Assembly (NCBI RefSeq): GCF_046119375.1
Contig: NW_027362762.1
Coordinates: forward strand, 857,832,001-857,896,000
DNA from: Phyllobates terribilis
Lineage: Eukaryota
DNA length: 64,000 nucleotides
Reading direction: 5' to 3'
Made by a program: the position numbers and the translations under genes. Of the stretch, positions 1-11,371 are shown piece after piece; position 1 is the first letter of the stretch, and each line of letters starts with the position of its first letter. Below the pieces are notes generated by a model. That model searched no databases. It was not told the DNA's origin and saw nothing but the letters and a program-made list of their open reading frames with translations.

Positions 1-743
1 CAGGAATTTCCACAAGGGATATCAGCACAGCATCCCACTGCCTTGAACGACTGGTACATGCTGGCCCTAGCAGCCCACTGCACCTGAACTTGACCTTGTC
101 ACTGTACTTCTCTATCTGAGTTACTACCAGGAAGTGCCTGCTTTTTACTAGCATTAATCCCCTCCCACTGTGGGCTGCCCCCAAACATTAACTGTATCTG
201 ATCCTATACCAGTACATACTAAATATATTGTCCTTATCTTATGCCTTAAGTCCTAATCTATGTCTTACCCTATGCTGTACACTACCAACATTATACATTG
301 CTACACAGCATGCATATTATTCTTCACATTACCATATTAACAATACTTATACTACACCATATCAAATTACACGCTAGATGCATAGAGACACATGACGCAA
401 TTCACATTACGCAATTGTTGTCTTCAGGGACTGGAACAGGGCAATACAGTCCACACCCTTACACTAGGACTGCTCTGAAGCTGGCTAGATCAATGGTCCA
501 GATGACTTCCGTGCCCCTGCGCTCCACTGCTGCAGCAGAGGCAAAGCTGCTTCAGCTTGTGGTATTGAAGAGTACACAGATTGGACTAGCTGCACAATCA
601 TGCCACTGGTCCAATCTATCAATCACTCAGGAGCATACAGGAAGCTGGGAGATGGGAGCAGTGCGCTCCTTAAGATTGATGTTGAGAAAATTCCTTTAAA
701 ACTACCACACCATGAATATCTTAGCCTTACACCAGGCACTCAT

Positions 744-1484
744 CTCTATGTGCCCACAATGCAGAAATGCTCAGGATTTTTTTCCTGAGCGTTTCTGCAT
801 CTCCCTGGCAGAAAAAACGCATGCGGATTGTACATGCAGATTGTACATGCAGATTGTACATGCGTTTTTCCTGCCAGGGACATGCGGATGTGAAGCGTCT
901 TCACATGAATTTCCACATGCGGGTTGTCAAGCGCTTTCCAAGCGATTTTAGCATCACTTGGAAAGTGCTTGACAACTAGGTCACGCTATATAAATCCATG
1001 CAACCGGCATGGATTTATATAGTGTGACCTCAAAGAATGGTTAAAAATAAAAAATAAACCTATACTTACCTTCTGATGGCCTCTGCAGTCTTGCTGCGCT
1101 CCTGTGCTGGCTGCCGGCATATCGCGGTACGCTGTACTGAAAAACCTACTGTCACATGACTGTGACGTCAGCGCAGGTCCTTCAGTCCTGCGCGATCTGC
1201 AGGCAAGCACAGAGAAGGAGTCCGGGGGCCGTCAGAAGGTGAATATAATCTTTATTTTTTATTTTATTCTTTTTTTTACAGCTTTTAATGGTACCTGGGT
1301 CCGGAGGAGAGTCTCCTGTCCTCCACACCCGGGTACCATCCGCACATTAGAACGCGCCAATTACGCAAGTACAGATGCAGGTCAATGGCGGCGAAAACGC
1401 AGCACTTCCGCAAAATTAATGGACATGCTGTGGATTTTTGAGCGCAGCATAAACGCTTGAAAAACGCATCGTGGGCACACAGCC
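744..1484. mobile_element. Harbinger-like MITE, family A, copy 1
   Basis: TIRs (gg)ctatgtgcccac ... gtgggcacacagcc, followed by TAA; internal palindromes (gcggaaatttccgc type); homologous to four other copies in the window. Confidence 0.85.
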
Positions 1485-1670
1485 TAAAGGTTACTTCCCA
1501 AAATGCAAATCATCTGACCAGATGATGATATAGCATGAAACACTGAGATATTTCAGCTCTGAGAATTGCAGATATGAATGCACTTCTGAACTATAATTCA
1601 GATTAATCTATGTGTAAATTTTTACTACTCTTTATTTACAGTGAGGCTCAGGGTGATTTGCGGTAAAGTA

Positions 1671-3992
1671 CAACCCCAATTCCAAATAGTGTTGGGATAC
1701 TATGTAAAATGTTAAGAAAACAAGAATGCAATCATTTGGAAATCTGTTGCATCCATATTTTATTCACAACAGGGCATAGACGACAGATCAGCTCAGAAGG
1801 TGAACGTTGGACATTTTTCAATTTCATTTATATAAAAAAAATCTCATTTAGAAATTGATGGCAGTAAGATATCTCAAAAAAGATGGGACAGTGCCGTGTG
1901 TACTATTGGGTACCATCCCCTCTTTTTACAATGGTCTGTAAACAATTGAGAAGTGAGGAGACAATTGCTGAGTTTTGGGAGAGGAATGTTGACCCATTCT
2001 TGTCTGGGATTCTCGCTTCTCAACAGTCCTGGTTCTTCTTTGCCGGATTTTTAGTTTCATAATGCGTCAAATGTTTTCTTTTGGTCTGGACTGCAGGTGA
2101 CCGGTTCATCACCTGAACTGTTCTCCTGCAAAGCCATGCTATTGTGATGGATGCAGTATGTGCATTGTCTTGCTAAAATATGCAACACCTTCCCTGAAAT
2201 AGATGTTGCCTAGCTGGGTCATGTGTTGCTCTAAAACCTCTATATAATACTATGCCTTGATAGTGTCATTCAATATGTGTAAGTTGCCTGTAAAATAGGA
2301 ACTAATGCAATAATACAACCCCATACCATCATAGATGCAGGAACTGTGCATTGATAAACTGAAAGGTCCTTTTCCTCTTGAGTCCACAGGACACGGCGTC
2401 AGAAGTTAAAATTTTGATTCTTCTGACTTAAGAACAATTTCCATTTTTAATTAGTTTTGGCCCAGAAAAGACGGCAGCATTTTTGGATTGTGTTGATATA
2501 TGGACCCTTATTTGCATGATAGAGCTTTCACTTGCATTTGTGGATTGCATGGCAGACAATGATTTATGGAAGGTTTCCAAGCCAATGTAGTGCTCTGCAT
2601 GACAGAACCATTCCTGTTATTAATGCATTACTGCCTGAAGGCCCATAGATCTTGAGCATTCAATATTGTCCCTTTTTCATATGGATTTTTCCACAAACTC
2701 TGAATCTTTTGATTTTATGTACTGTAGATAATGGGATGTTAAGGCTGTGTGCCCACTATGCGTTTTCCAAGCGTTCATGCTGCGGAATTTCCGCAGCGTA
2801 AACGCTTGGGAAACGCTTGGTAATCCTTCCCCCGTGGTCCTCAATGACAAGCCGCAATGTCAATGCCCATGCTGCAGATTTTTCCGCAGCGTTTATGCTG
2901 CGCTCAAAAATCCACAGCATGTCCATTAATTTTGCGGACACGCAGCGTAGTCGCCGCCATTGACTTGCATTGGAACGCGTGACATCCGCATCACTGCATC
3001 TGTATATGCAGAATCCATGTGCGGATGGTACCCGGGTGTGGAGGACAGGAGACTCTCCTCCGGACCCAGGTACCATAGTACCTGTAAAAAAAGAATAAAA
3101 TAAAAAATAAATAATATACTTACCTTCCGACTCCTTCTCTGTGCTTGCCGGCAGATCGCGGTGGACTGTAGGACCTGCGCTGACATCACAGTCATGTGAC
3201 GGCAGGTCCTAGTGCAGTGTACCGCAATCTGCCGACAGCCGGGACAGAGGGAAGCAAGACTCCGGGGGCCATCAGAAGGTAAGTATATATTTATTTTTTT
3301 ATTTTTAACAATTCTTTACGGTCACACTATATAAATCCATGCCGGTTGCATGGATTTATATAGTGTGACCAAGTTGTCAAGCACTTTCCAAGTGCTGCTA
3401 AAATCGCTTGGAAAGCGCTTGACAACCCGCATGCGGAAATGCATGTGAAGAACGCTTCATATCCGCATGTCCCTGGCAGGAAAAACGCATGTACAATCCG
3501 CATGTGTTTTTTCTGCCAGGGGAGATGCAGAAACACTCAGGAAAAAATCCGGAGCATTTCTGCATCGTGGGCACATAGCCTCAAAGTCTTTGCAGTTTTA
3601 TGGTGAAGAACATTTTCCTGAAATTGTTCCACAATTTAAGACACAGTTGTTAACAGATTAGTCAATCTTTGACCATCTTTGCTTCTGAGAGACTCTGCCT
3701 CTCTCACATGCTCTTTTATACAAAGTAATGTTACTTAGTTGAAAATTTACCATTTTTCATTAGCACCACTGACTTTTCCAGTCATTTGTTAACCCTGTTC
3801 CAACATTTTAGAGATGTGTTGCTGCTGTAAATTTCTAAATGATTTTTTTAAATGAAACAGAAAAATGTCTAAATTTCACCTTCTGATATATGCTCTATAT
3901 TTTGTTGTGAATAAAATATGGGTTTAATAGATTTCTAAACTTGTTATCTGTACATTTTACACAACGTCTGAACTTTTTTGAAACTGGGGTCG
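1671..3992 (-). mobile_element. Degenerate Tc1/mariner element interrupted by a MITE
   Basis: TA|caaccccaattcc ... aaactggggtcg|TA termini; decayed transposase-like sequence on the minus strand; MITE inserted at 2743-3580. Confidence 0.75.
2743..3580. mobile_element. Harbinger-like MITE, family A, copy 2 (inverted relative to copy 1)
   Basis: TIRs ggctgtgtgcccac / gtgggcacatagcc; flanks taa/tca; its 3' end is the reverse complement of the 5' end of copy 1. Confidence 0.85.
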
Positions 3993-4519
3993 TACATGGG
4001 GCTGATCTACAGTACCAGGCACAGTACGAGTCCCAGGAGTTTGGCTATTTATGAAACCATAGCTAGAGAGTGAATCAGAAATATTATCTGTTTTTACATC
4101 ATGTATACAAAAGTTAATGCCTACAAGTATACACCAGGTATGGCATATGTGGGAGCTGTATAGTCTTTGATTTAAATATGCTAATTTAGACAAATAGCCC
4201 CCCTAACATGTTTCACCACATTGTGCGACTTTTTCAGGGGCTGATGTGGCTATAACGTGTACGCCACACTGTTAGAGGGTGCCTGTACAGTATAAAGAAC
4301 TCCTATGTACAATCATTCAATTACTAATTTTCCTAACACTCCCCTAACAATCATAAAAATGACACTAGAGGAAACTAATCAATACTTTATATTGATGGAT
4401 GTAAAACTCGGCACTCAAAAAGAATGTGAAGAACAGAAGAATTCTATTCAAACAATCCAACAGATCCAGAATAATTTTAACTTTTCGATCCTATACCTGC
4501 ACCTTCATCAGAAGGGGAA

Positions 4520-4646
4520 GAATCAACAACAAGTGGGACACAATCGTGAAGTGGAACGAAATTTATTGGATATTTTAAACTTTTTTAACAAATTCAAAAC
4601 TGAAAAGTGGGGCGTGCAATATTATTCGGCCCCCTTGAGTTAATAC
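4520..4646. mobile_element. Tc1 inverted-repeat fragment
   Basis: Tc1 IR/DR-type sequence ending tattattcggcccccttgag, truncated by the L2 fragment. Confidence 0.5.
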
Positions 4647-4647
4647 T

Positions 4648-5626
4648 CTTCTTGCCAGATTTCTAAAACTTAACATGGATAAAACAGAATTCATCATCTT
4701 TCCGCCATCTCACTCAACCCCCCAATTGACCTATCTATTAACGTGAATGGCTGTCCACTCTCCCCAGTCCCGCAAACTCGCTGCCTTGGGGTAACCCTGG
4801 ACTCTGACCTCTCCTTCAAACCACATATCCAAGCCCTTTTTACTTCCTGCCGACTCCAACTTAAAAATATCAACCGGATCCGCATATTCCTCAACCATGA
4901 ATCTGCAAAAACACTAGTGCATGCCCTCATCATCTCCCGCCTCGACTACTGCAACCTCCTGCTCTGTGGCCTCCCTTCCAACACTCTTGCACCCCTCCAA
5001 TCTATCCTAAACTCCGCTGCCCGACTAATCCACCTGTCCCCCCGCTATTCCCCGGCTTCTCCTCTCTGTCAATCTCTTCACTGGCTCCCCATTACCCAGA
5101 TACTCCAGTTCAAAATCCTAACCATGGCATACAAAGCCATCCACAACCTGTCTCCCCCATACATCTGTGACCTGGTCTCCCGGTACTTACCTGCACGCAA
5201 CCTCTGATCCTCACAAGATCTCCTTCTCTACTCCCCTCTTATCTCCTCTTCCCACAATCGCATACAAGATTTCTCCCGTGCATCCCCCCTACTCTGGAAC
5301 GCTCTACCCCAACTTATCAGACTCTCACCTACTGTGGAAACCTTCAAAAGGAACATGAAGACCCACCTCTTCCGACAAGCGTACAACCTACAGTAACCAC
5401 CGCTCCACCATACCACTCCACTACCAGCCCTACCCTCACTTACTGTATCCTCACCCATCCCTTGTAGACTGTGAGCCCTCGCGGGCAGAGTCCTCGCTCC
5501 TCCTGTACCAGTCGCCGTCACGTTTTGTTCAAGATTATTGTAATTGTTTTCGCTATGTATACCCCTTTTTCACATATAAAGCGCCATAGAATAAATGGCG
5601 CTATAATAATAAATAATAATAATAAT
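4648..5626 (+). mobile_element. 5'-truncated L2 (CR1/L2 clade) LINE: RT C-terminus, 3' UTR and (TAA)n tail
   Basis: ORF 4743-5207 has LGVTLDSDLSF, HALIISRLDYCN and LHWLP motifs typical of L2 RT; ends in gcgctataataataaataataat. Confidence 0.9.
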
Positions 5627-5789
5627 TGGCCCATTTTCCTTTTAGTAATAGATTTTTTTTTTTTTTGCCTAAAATGCAAAGGAAATGTGTCATCTTGAAC
5701 TTTAAGCCTTTTAGAGATCATTTCATCTTGCTCATCTATTCACAATAAAAGTAATTTTGACCAGGGGTGCTCAAACTTTTACATGCCGC
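5627..5789. mobile_element. Tc1 3' terminal fragment
   Basis: Ends gaccaggggtgctcaaacttttacatgccgctg|TA. Confidence 0.6.
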
Positions 5790-6165
5790 TGTATGTCCCC
5801 ACACAGCTCCCTTACACAGTATGATGTCTCCACAAAGTCCCTCACACAGTAGAATGTTCCCACAAAGCCCCTCACACAGGATGTCACCACAGAGCCCCCC
5901 AATCAGCATGATGTACCCACACAGCACCTTAGAGTCTCCTTACAGCCCCCTTGCACAGTATTATGTCCCCATACAGTCCCCTTGAAAAGTATCATGTCCA
6001 AACACAGCCCCTTTGCACAGTATTATGTCCCCACACAGCCCCCTAGTGCAGTATTATGTCCTTACACAGCCCCTTTTTATAGTATTATATCCTCACACAG
6101 CCTCCCATGCCGGATGATGGCCCCACACAGCCCCCTTGCACACTATTAAGTTCCCACAGTTACCC
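5790..6165. repeat. ~29-30-bp minisatellite (cccccacacagtatgatgt-like) inside a non-autonomous DNA element
   Basis: Visible degenerate tandem periodicity; explains ORFs 5736-5927 and 5767-5985. Confidence 0.75.
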
Positions 6166-6398
6166 ACAATTGCTGTCGATTAAAAAAAAAAAGAACTACT
6201 CACCTAACCCCGCTCCCCTGCTGCTCCTGTCTGATCAGTAAACCAAGCAATGTGAACTGAGGTCTAAGATGGTAGACATGCAAGAAATAGGAGCATGTTC
6301 ACACTAGCAAAAAGAAGAAAAACCTACAAAAGACAAAAATATATCTCATACCCTACCATCATTATATATAAATGTAAAGCAAAGTTGCATAATAAATA

Positions 6399-6481
6399 TA
6401 GGGTACTTAGTGAACTATTTTTGATCAAAAAAAGTATACAAGCCGTCCCACCAGCGGCAAGGTGACCCTAAATTGGGACGG
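6399..6481 (-). ncRNA. Candidate HDV-like self-cleaving ribozyme, copy 1
   Basis: Minus strand: P1 CCGUCCC/GGGACGG, P2 UAGGGUC/G(U)ACCCUA, P3 ACC/GGU, 8-nt L3 UUGCCGCU, P4 with UUUUUGAUCAAAAA hairpin, J4/2 CUAA; folded manually. Confidence 0.6.
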
Positions 6482-6829
6482 TACCTATACTGTCTATATT
6501 AAAAACCTTACTGTATATCAAAGTTGAAGTAATGCATATAAAAGGGTAGACAAATAGGACCGGGTCCCAACTCCAGACCACCTAGGCCCGTGGTAAGCTA
6601 CATATATACTAATCAGCTCAACAAAGGGGATGCCACACCCTTAAATTGCACAGAATGCAAACAAGACAAAAAACCAAGCAATGTGAACTGAGGTCTAAGA
6701 TGGTAGACATGCAAGAAATAGGAGCATGTTCACACTAGCAAAAAGAAGAAAAACCTACAAAAGACAAAAATATATCTCATACCCTACCATCATTATATAT
6801 AAATGTAAAGCAAAGTTGCATAATAAATA

Positions 6830-6912
6830 TAGGGTACTTAGTGAACTATTTTTGATCAAAAAAAGTATACAAGCCGTCCCACCAGCGGCAAGGTGACCCT
6901 AAATTGGGACGG
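6830..6912 (-). ncRNA. Candidate HDV-like self-cleaving ribozyme, copy 2
   Basis: Same motif as copy 1, 431 bp downstream on the plus strand. Confidence 0.6.
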
Positions 6913-8442
6913 TACCTATACTGCCTATATTAAAAACCTTACTGTATATCAAAGTTGAAGTAATGCATATAAAAGGGTAGACTGTCTGATCAGTGTACTG
7001 AGGCACAGCTGGCGTGATTTAGTGACGTCATCGCTCCTGTTGCACTCTCTTATGCGCAGGCTCAATGATGTTGATTGTTTCCATCATTATTTTCACCAGT
7101 ATCTGCATCCCCAGGATTCAGATACTTGTGAAAGTGAGACGCCGGGCGGGGAGTGACTGCATGGTGCGGGATGCCACTGTATCCAGGCCTTGGCTGTCCC
7201 GGTCTGCAGTGGAACATTCAAAGTGCTGCATGGTTGCCCAGGTCTAGATAGATAGATAGATAGGCAGACGGGCAGTGTGATTTAGGAAAGTGACTAATCT
7301 CAGATTGTTTGACATTGACATTTTTTTGTTCGTCTGGAGAGCAGGAAGGCAACATAGGAGATGTAAAATATCTATTGTGCTGAATCAGGGACTGTGGTTA
7401 CATGGCATCTTTTGGCTAGACTTGTGCTGACTGCAGTTGTATGCAGACCACGTTCACAATCATTCCTTGTTGTGAAGGGATTCCCTGTGGGCAATTGAAT
7501 TTCCGAGTGTGAAAGCTGTAGGCGGTAGCAGCTCATTGCAAGGTACAGTAACACTTTACAGAGAACTAAAACTGCTTGCAAGGAGATGATCACATATTAG
7601 ATGTAGTCTTATTTCTCATACACCCATTATTAAAGGTGTTGTCCACTTTCAGGAAAGAGGACCCCAAACGCTTTAGAAATGATGGGGAGTCCAATAATAT
7701 CAATTTACCTCTTACATCCTGTATCCATTTAATGAAAGTGCTGGCAGCGCATACTTAGTAAGGCTCTGTTCACATTAATGTTAGTGGGGTTTGTTCAGCT
7801 TCCAAGTAATTTGTACTTTAGAAATAAGTAAGTCTGCAGTTCAATTTATGACATTAAATATTCTGTCTGCAATCTGACTTGAATCACCAAGTAAAAAGGT
7901 AATTATATCCTTATTTATTAGCTTGTATTACATTTCCATTTGCAGTCATATTCAATTTTGATCATATATTCTTGACATCCAGCGTACTCACCCATCATCT
8001 ATGCTGTGTAATTTATTTATAATGACAATCACTCTCTTTGTCATTACAGTGAAGGTGAGCTTGCCACTTCTTCATCCCTGTTACTACCATCACTCAGGAA
8101 TAATGTGATCCTAAAAGTCATGACCTGTTACAATGGATGCACAATAAATGCATCTTGCAGGGATCATTCACATTGGCTGGTAGTGATACTGGCATACTTT
8201 TGAGCTTAGCTTGTACAAATCTACAAAAATAAGTCATTAAGGCCTTCACACACACTGTTTTTACAATGGTTTTATACACTTGAAAAACTCACATAATTTT
8301 CAAGCATTTTTATAGCGTTTTTTTTTTTCTTATTTTGTCATTTTGTTACATTTGCATCATGTATTTTTTTGGTGTTGTTGAAACATATGAAAAAACTGCA
8401 GAATAATGACACACAAACTGCATGCTGTGTTTTTTAATACCC

Positions 8443-8821
8443 CCCACCCCCCAGAAAATCGAGATGGTTTGGGGTGAGCTGGACCGCAGAGTGAAGGCAA
8501 AAGGGCCAACAAGTGCTAAGCATCTCTGGGAACTCCTTCAAGATTGTTGGAAGACCATTTCCGGTGACTACCTCTTGAAGCTCATCCAGAGAATGCCAAG
8601 AGTGTGCAAAGCAGTCATCAAAGCAAAAGGTGGCTACTTTGAAGAACCTAGAATATAAGACATATTTTCAGTTGTTTCACACTTTTTTGTTAAGTATATA
8701 ATTCCACATGTGTTAATTAATAGTTTTGATGTCTTCAGTGTGAATGTACAATTTTCATAGTCATGAAAATACAGAAAAATCTTTAAATGAGAAGGTGTGT
8801 CCAAACTTTTGGTCTGTACTG
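8443..8821 (+). mobile_element. Tc1 3' fragment (transposase C-terminus and right TIR)
   Basis: IEMVWGELDRRVK...KAVIKAKGGYFEE; ends ccaaacttttggtctgtactg|TA. Confidence 0.85.
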
Positions 8822-8921
8822 TACCTGATTAGATTGTAGAATAGAAATAATAGCTGTTTAGGTCTTAACGATGTGGAAAGATAGAGATAGATAAATATGA
8901 GGTAAATAGATGATAGATAGA

Positions 8922-9854
8922 TATCACGCATGAAGGTAACACACGTGGTTCGTGGACCCACTGTACCTCGAGCTGAACTTACCCTGGAGGGGCATAACTA
9001 AGCAGTTCCCTTGGTGTTCACTGGAGCCTCTAGGTCAGGCTGGTGCAGAACGTAGCTGCCAGGTGCCCCTCCATGGCAACGTCCAGCAGTAGCAGCTGAC
9101 CCCAAGGGTTAGAGACATTACTTCGGATAGAGTCCTAGACAGAGCAGGGTGGCCACTTGGGACAGGAACAGACTGCAGCTCTGGATAGAAGACAGGATGG
9201 CCACTGGGACAGGCTCTGGATAGCAGACAGGACGGCCTGGTTGACTGTGCAGTTTCTTGATAGCAAATACGATGGCCACTGGGACAGGATCTGACTGTGC
9301 AGCTTCTGGGTAGCAGACAGGACAGACACTTGGGACAGGTACAGACGCAGAGGTCTCGGGGAAACTGTTCAGGTACCGCCAATGCAGCCACAGGGTACAG
9401 ATACCATAGACGCGGCTTCAGGGTAACGTATAACCTACTCAGGACTACAGGGACAGAATAGGATAGGGTATCACTATAATAGACTAATGGGAACACAGGA
9501 TACAGGAATAACTTTAACAGACTAAGAACGGGGGACTCGGCAACATACAGTTACACACACCAAACCATCTAACACTAAACTATAGGGGTTGCTCAGGCAC
9601 CTCCCTATTGGGTAGTGTGCCTTTTATACAAGATGCCTCCCAGCTGTTAGCTGTGGACATTTACCATATGCGTGCGCTGCCCCTTTAAGAGCAGGGGAGT
9701 GTGCACATTAGGTGCGCCGCCAGTAGACAGTGCGACATGCACTGAAGAAGGAGGATCACAAGGACATTTCTGCGGCCGGGGTGGTTAGTACACTGACTTT
9801 CCCGTACAGAGGGCAGAGGGGAGCCATGCGGGGGCGCCGGCCACAGACGTTACA
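8922..9854. mobile_element. Solo LTR (Gypsy-like) with an internal minisatellite, inserted in a (GATA)n tract
   Basis: Ends ...gacgttaca; flanked by gata repeats; internal ggacagg/gatagcagacagg repeats at ~9130-9340; left boundary and TSD uncertain. Confidence 0.6.
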
Positions 9855-10854
9855 ATAGATAGATAGATATGGGCTAGATAGATAGATATGCGGCAGATAG
9901 AAAGCTAGATAGATATATAATTAGTGACTTGCGTGTGTAGTTTACTGTATGTGTATTAAGCTAACAAATAAATAAAATGACATGGTCCCCCCATTTTTGA
10001 TAACCAGCAAAGGTAAAGCAGATAGCTGTGAGTTGATATTATCAGACTGGGAAGGTGCAATTCTGGCGCTTTGCCCGGCTCTTCCCGATTGCACTGGTGG
10101 GTTGGCAATCGGGGTAATGGTAGTTGGGGTGATGTCACCTATGATTTGTCAAAAATCACATCTGACATCAAGCCCTGGTGTTACTAATGGAGAGGTGTCT
10201 ATTAGACAATCCCATTACTAACCCAGCAATAAAAAAAATACCCACACACCAACAAAAAAAATACTTTGTTTGAATAAACACTCCCCCACACTTTCCCTAG
10301 TTCACCAATTTATTAAAAAAAAAAAACATTCAGGTCCGACGTAGTCCAGGGAATCTGACGTAGTCCACCAAATCTGATGTAGTCCACAAATGCATACCTG
10401 GAAAACATAAAACGAGAGAAATAAAAACACTATTCCTTGTTCATCAATTTATTAAAAAAATTGTTTCCACACAGGTCCGTCGTAGTCCAGTGTTCCCCGA
10501 AACTGCAATAATTTATAACATTACATATTCAGATAATGCATTGATAACCATAACTATTCCTACTAATATACACTTGCCTAAATCTATACAATGGAGTCTT
10601 AAAGGAGTATTTCCAGAAGGGAATGTTACCCCCTATCCATAGCTTAGGCAAAATTTGAAAAACGTAGCAGATCATCCACTTATATGTATAAAATCACTTC
10701 TTTATTCCAACAGCATTAACAGTTCTTTCTTGCTGTCCAAACTCTCATCTCTGCTATGGCCACTATGTGGATGACATCCTAATTGTGTGGGCTGGTGACA
10801 AAGCGGCCATACCAGATTTTATAAAATATTTGAATTACAATGATAGCAATTTAA

Positions 10855-11371
10855 AGGGGTTGTCCACTACTTATTATCCCCTCCCCAATGTATCCCCCCG
10901 GGGCCCATAAGTGTCTTTGTAATTACCTTCTGTTGCAGGTTCTGCCTGTGAGCGGCGCTATCGCCGGCCGCTCACAGGCATCACGTGACCCCTGAATGCA
11001 GCCGGCTCTGACATCCGCTGACGTCACGACAAATCCAGGCTGCAGCCGAGGGTCCCTCTTCTGCGTTCCACCGGTGGATGCTGGCTTGTGGGCGGGGTTA
11101 CCCAGCACATCCCACCCGGCATCCACCACACGCTCTCCCTCTCCCCATTCATTGGGAAGACACGCAGTGGATGCTGGGTGTGACGCGAGGACCCCAGCGC
11201 TGAGTCACGCCTCACTTGTCGTGACGTCAGCGGGGGGTCACGTGATGCCTGTGAGCGGCCAGCGATAGCGCCGCTCACAGGCAGTAACTGCAATAGAAGG
11301 TATTTACAAATATACTTATGGGCCACGGGGGAATACATTGGGGGCATAATAAAAAGTTGTGGCCAAATTCT
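10855..11371. mobile_element. T2/Kolobok-like palindromic MITE
   Basis: TTAA TSD at 10851-10854 and 11372-11375; starts aggggttgtcca; arms of about 100 bp are inverted repeats; removing it restores the PLE RT frame. Confidence 0.85.

Larger units (their letters stand above)
6240..6981 (-). mobile_element. Non-coding retrozyme-like insertion: 1.7 tandem copies of a 431-bp unit, 13-bp TSD
   Basis: aaccaagcaatgtgaactgagg starts at 6241 and again at 6672; TSD ctgtctgatcagt at 6227-6239 and 6982-6994. Confidence 0.85.

Noticed and set aside
298-699. 133-aa ORF
   Set aside because: Non-ATG start, low-complexity N-terminus and no known motif.
1642-1662. Possible 21-nt microexon (tttacag...gtaaag)
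   Set aside because: Too short to support from sequence alone; such signals occur by chance.
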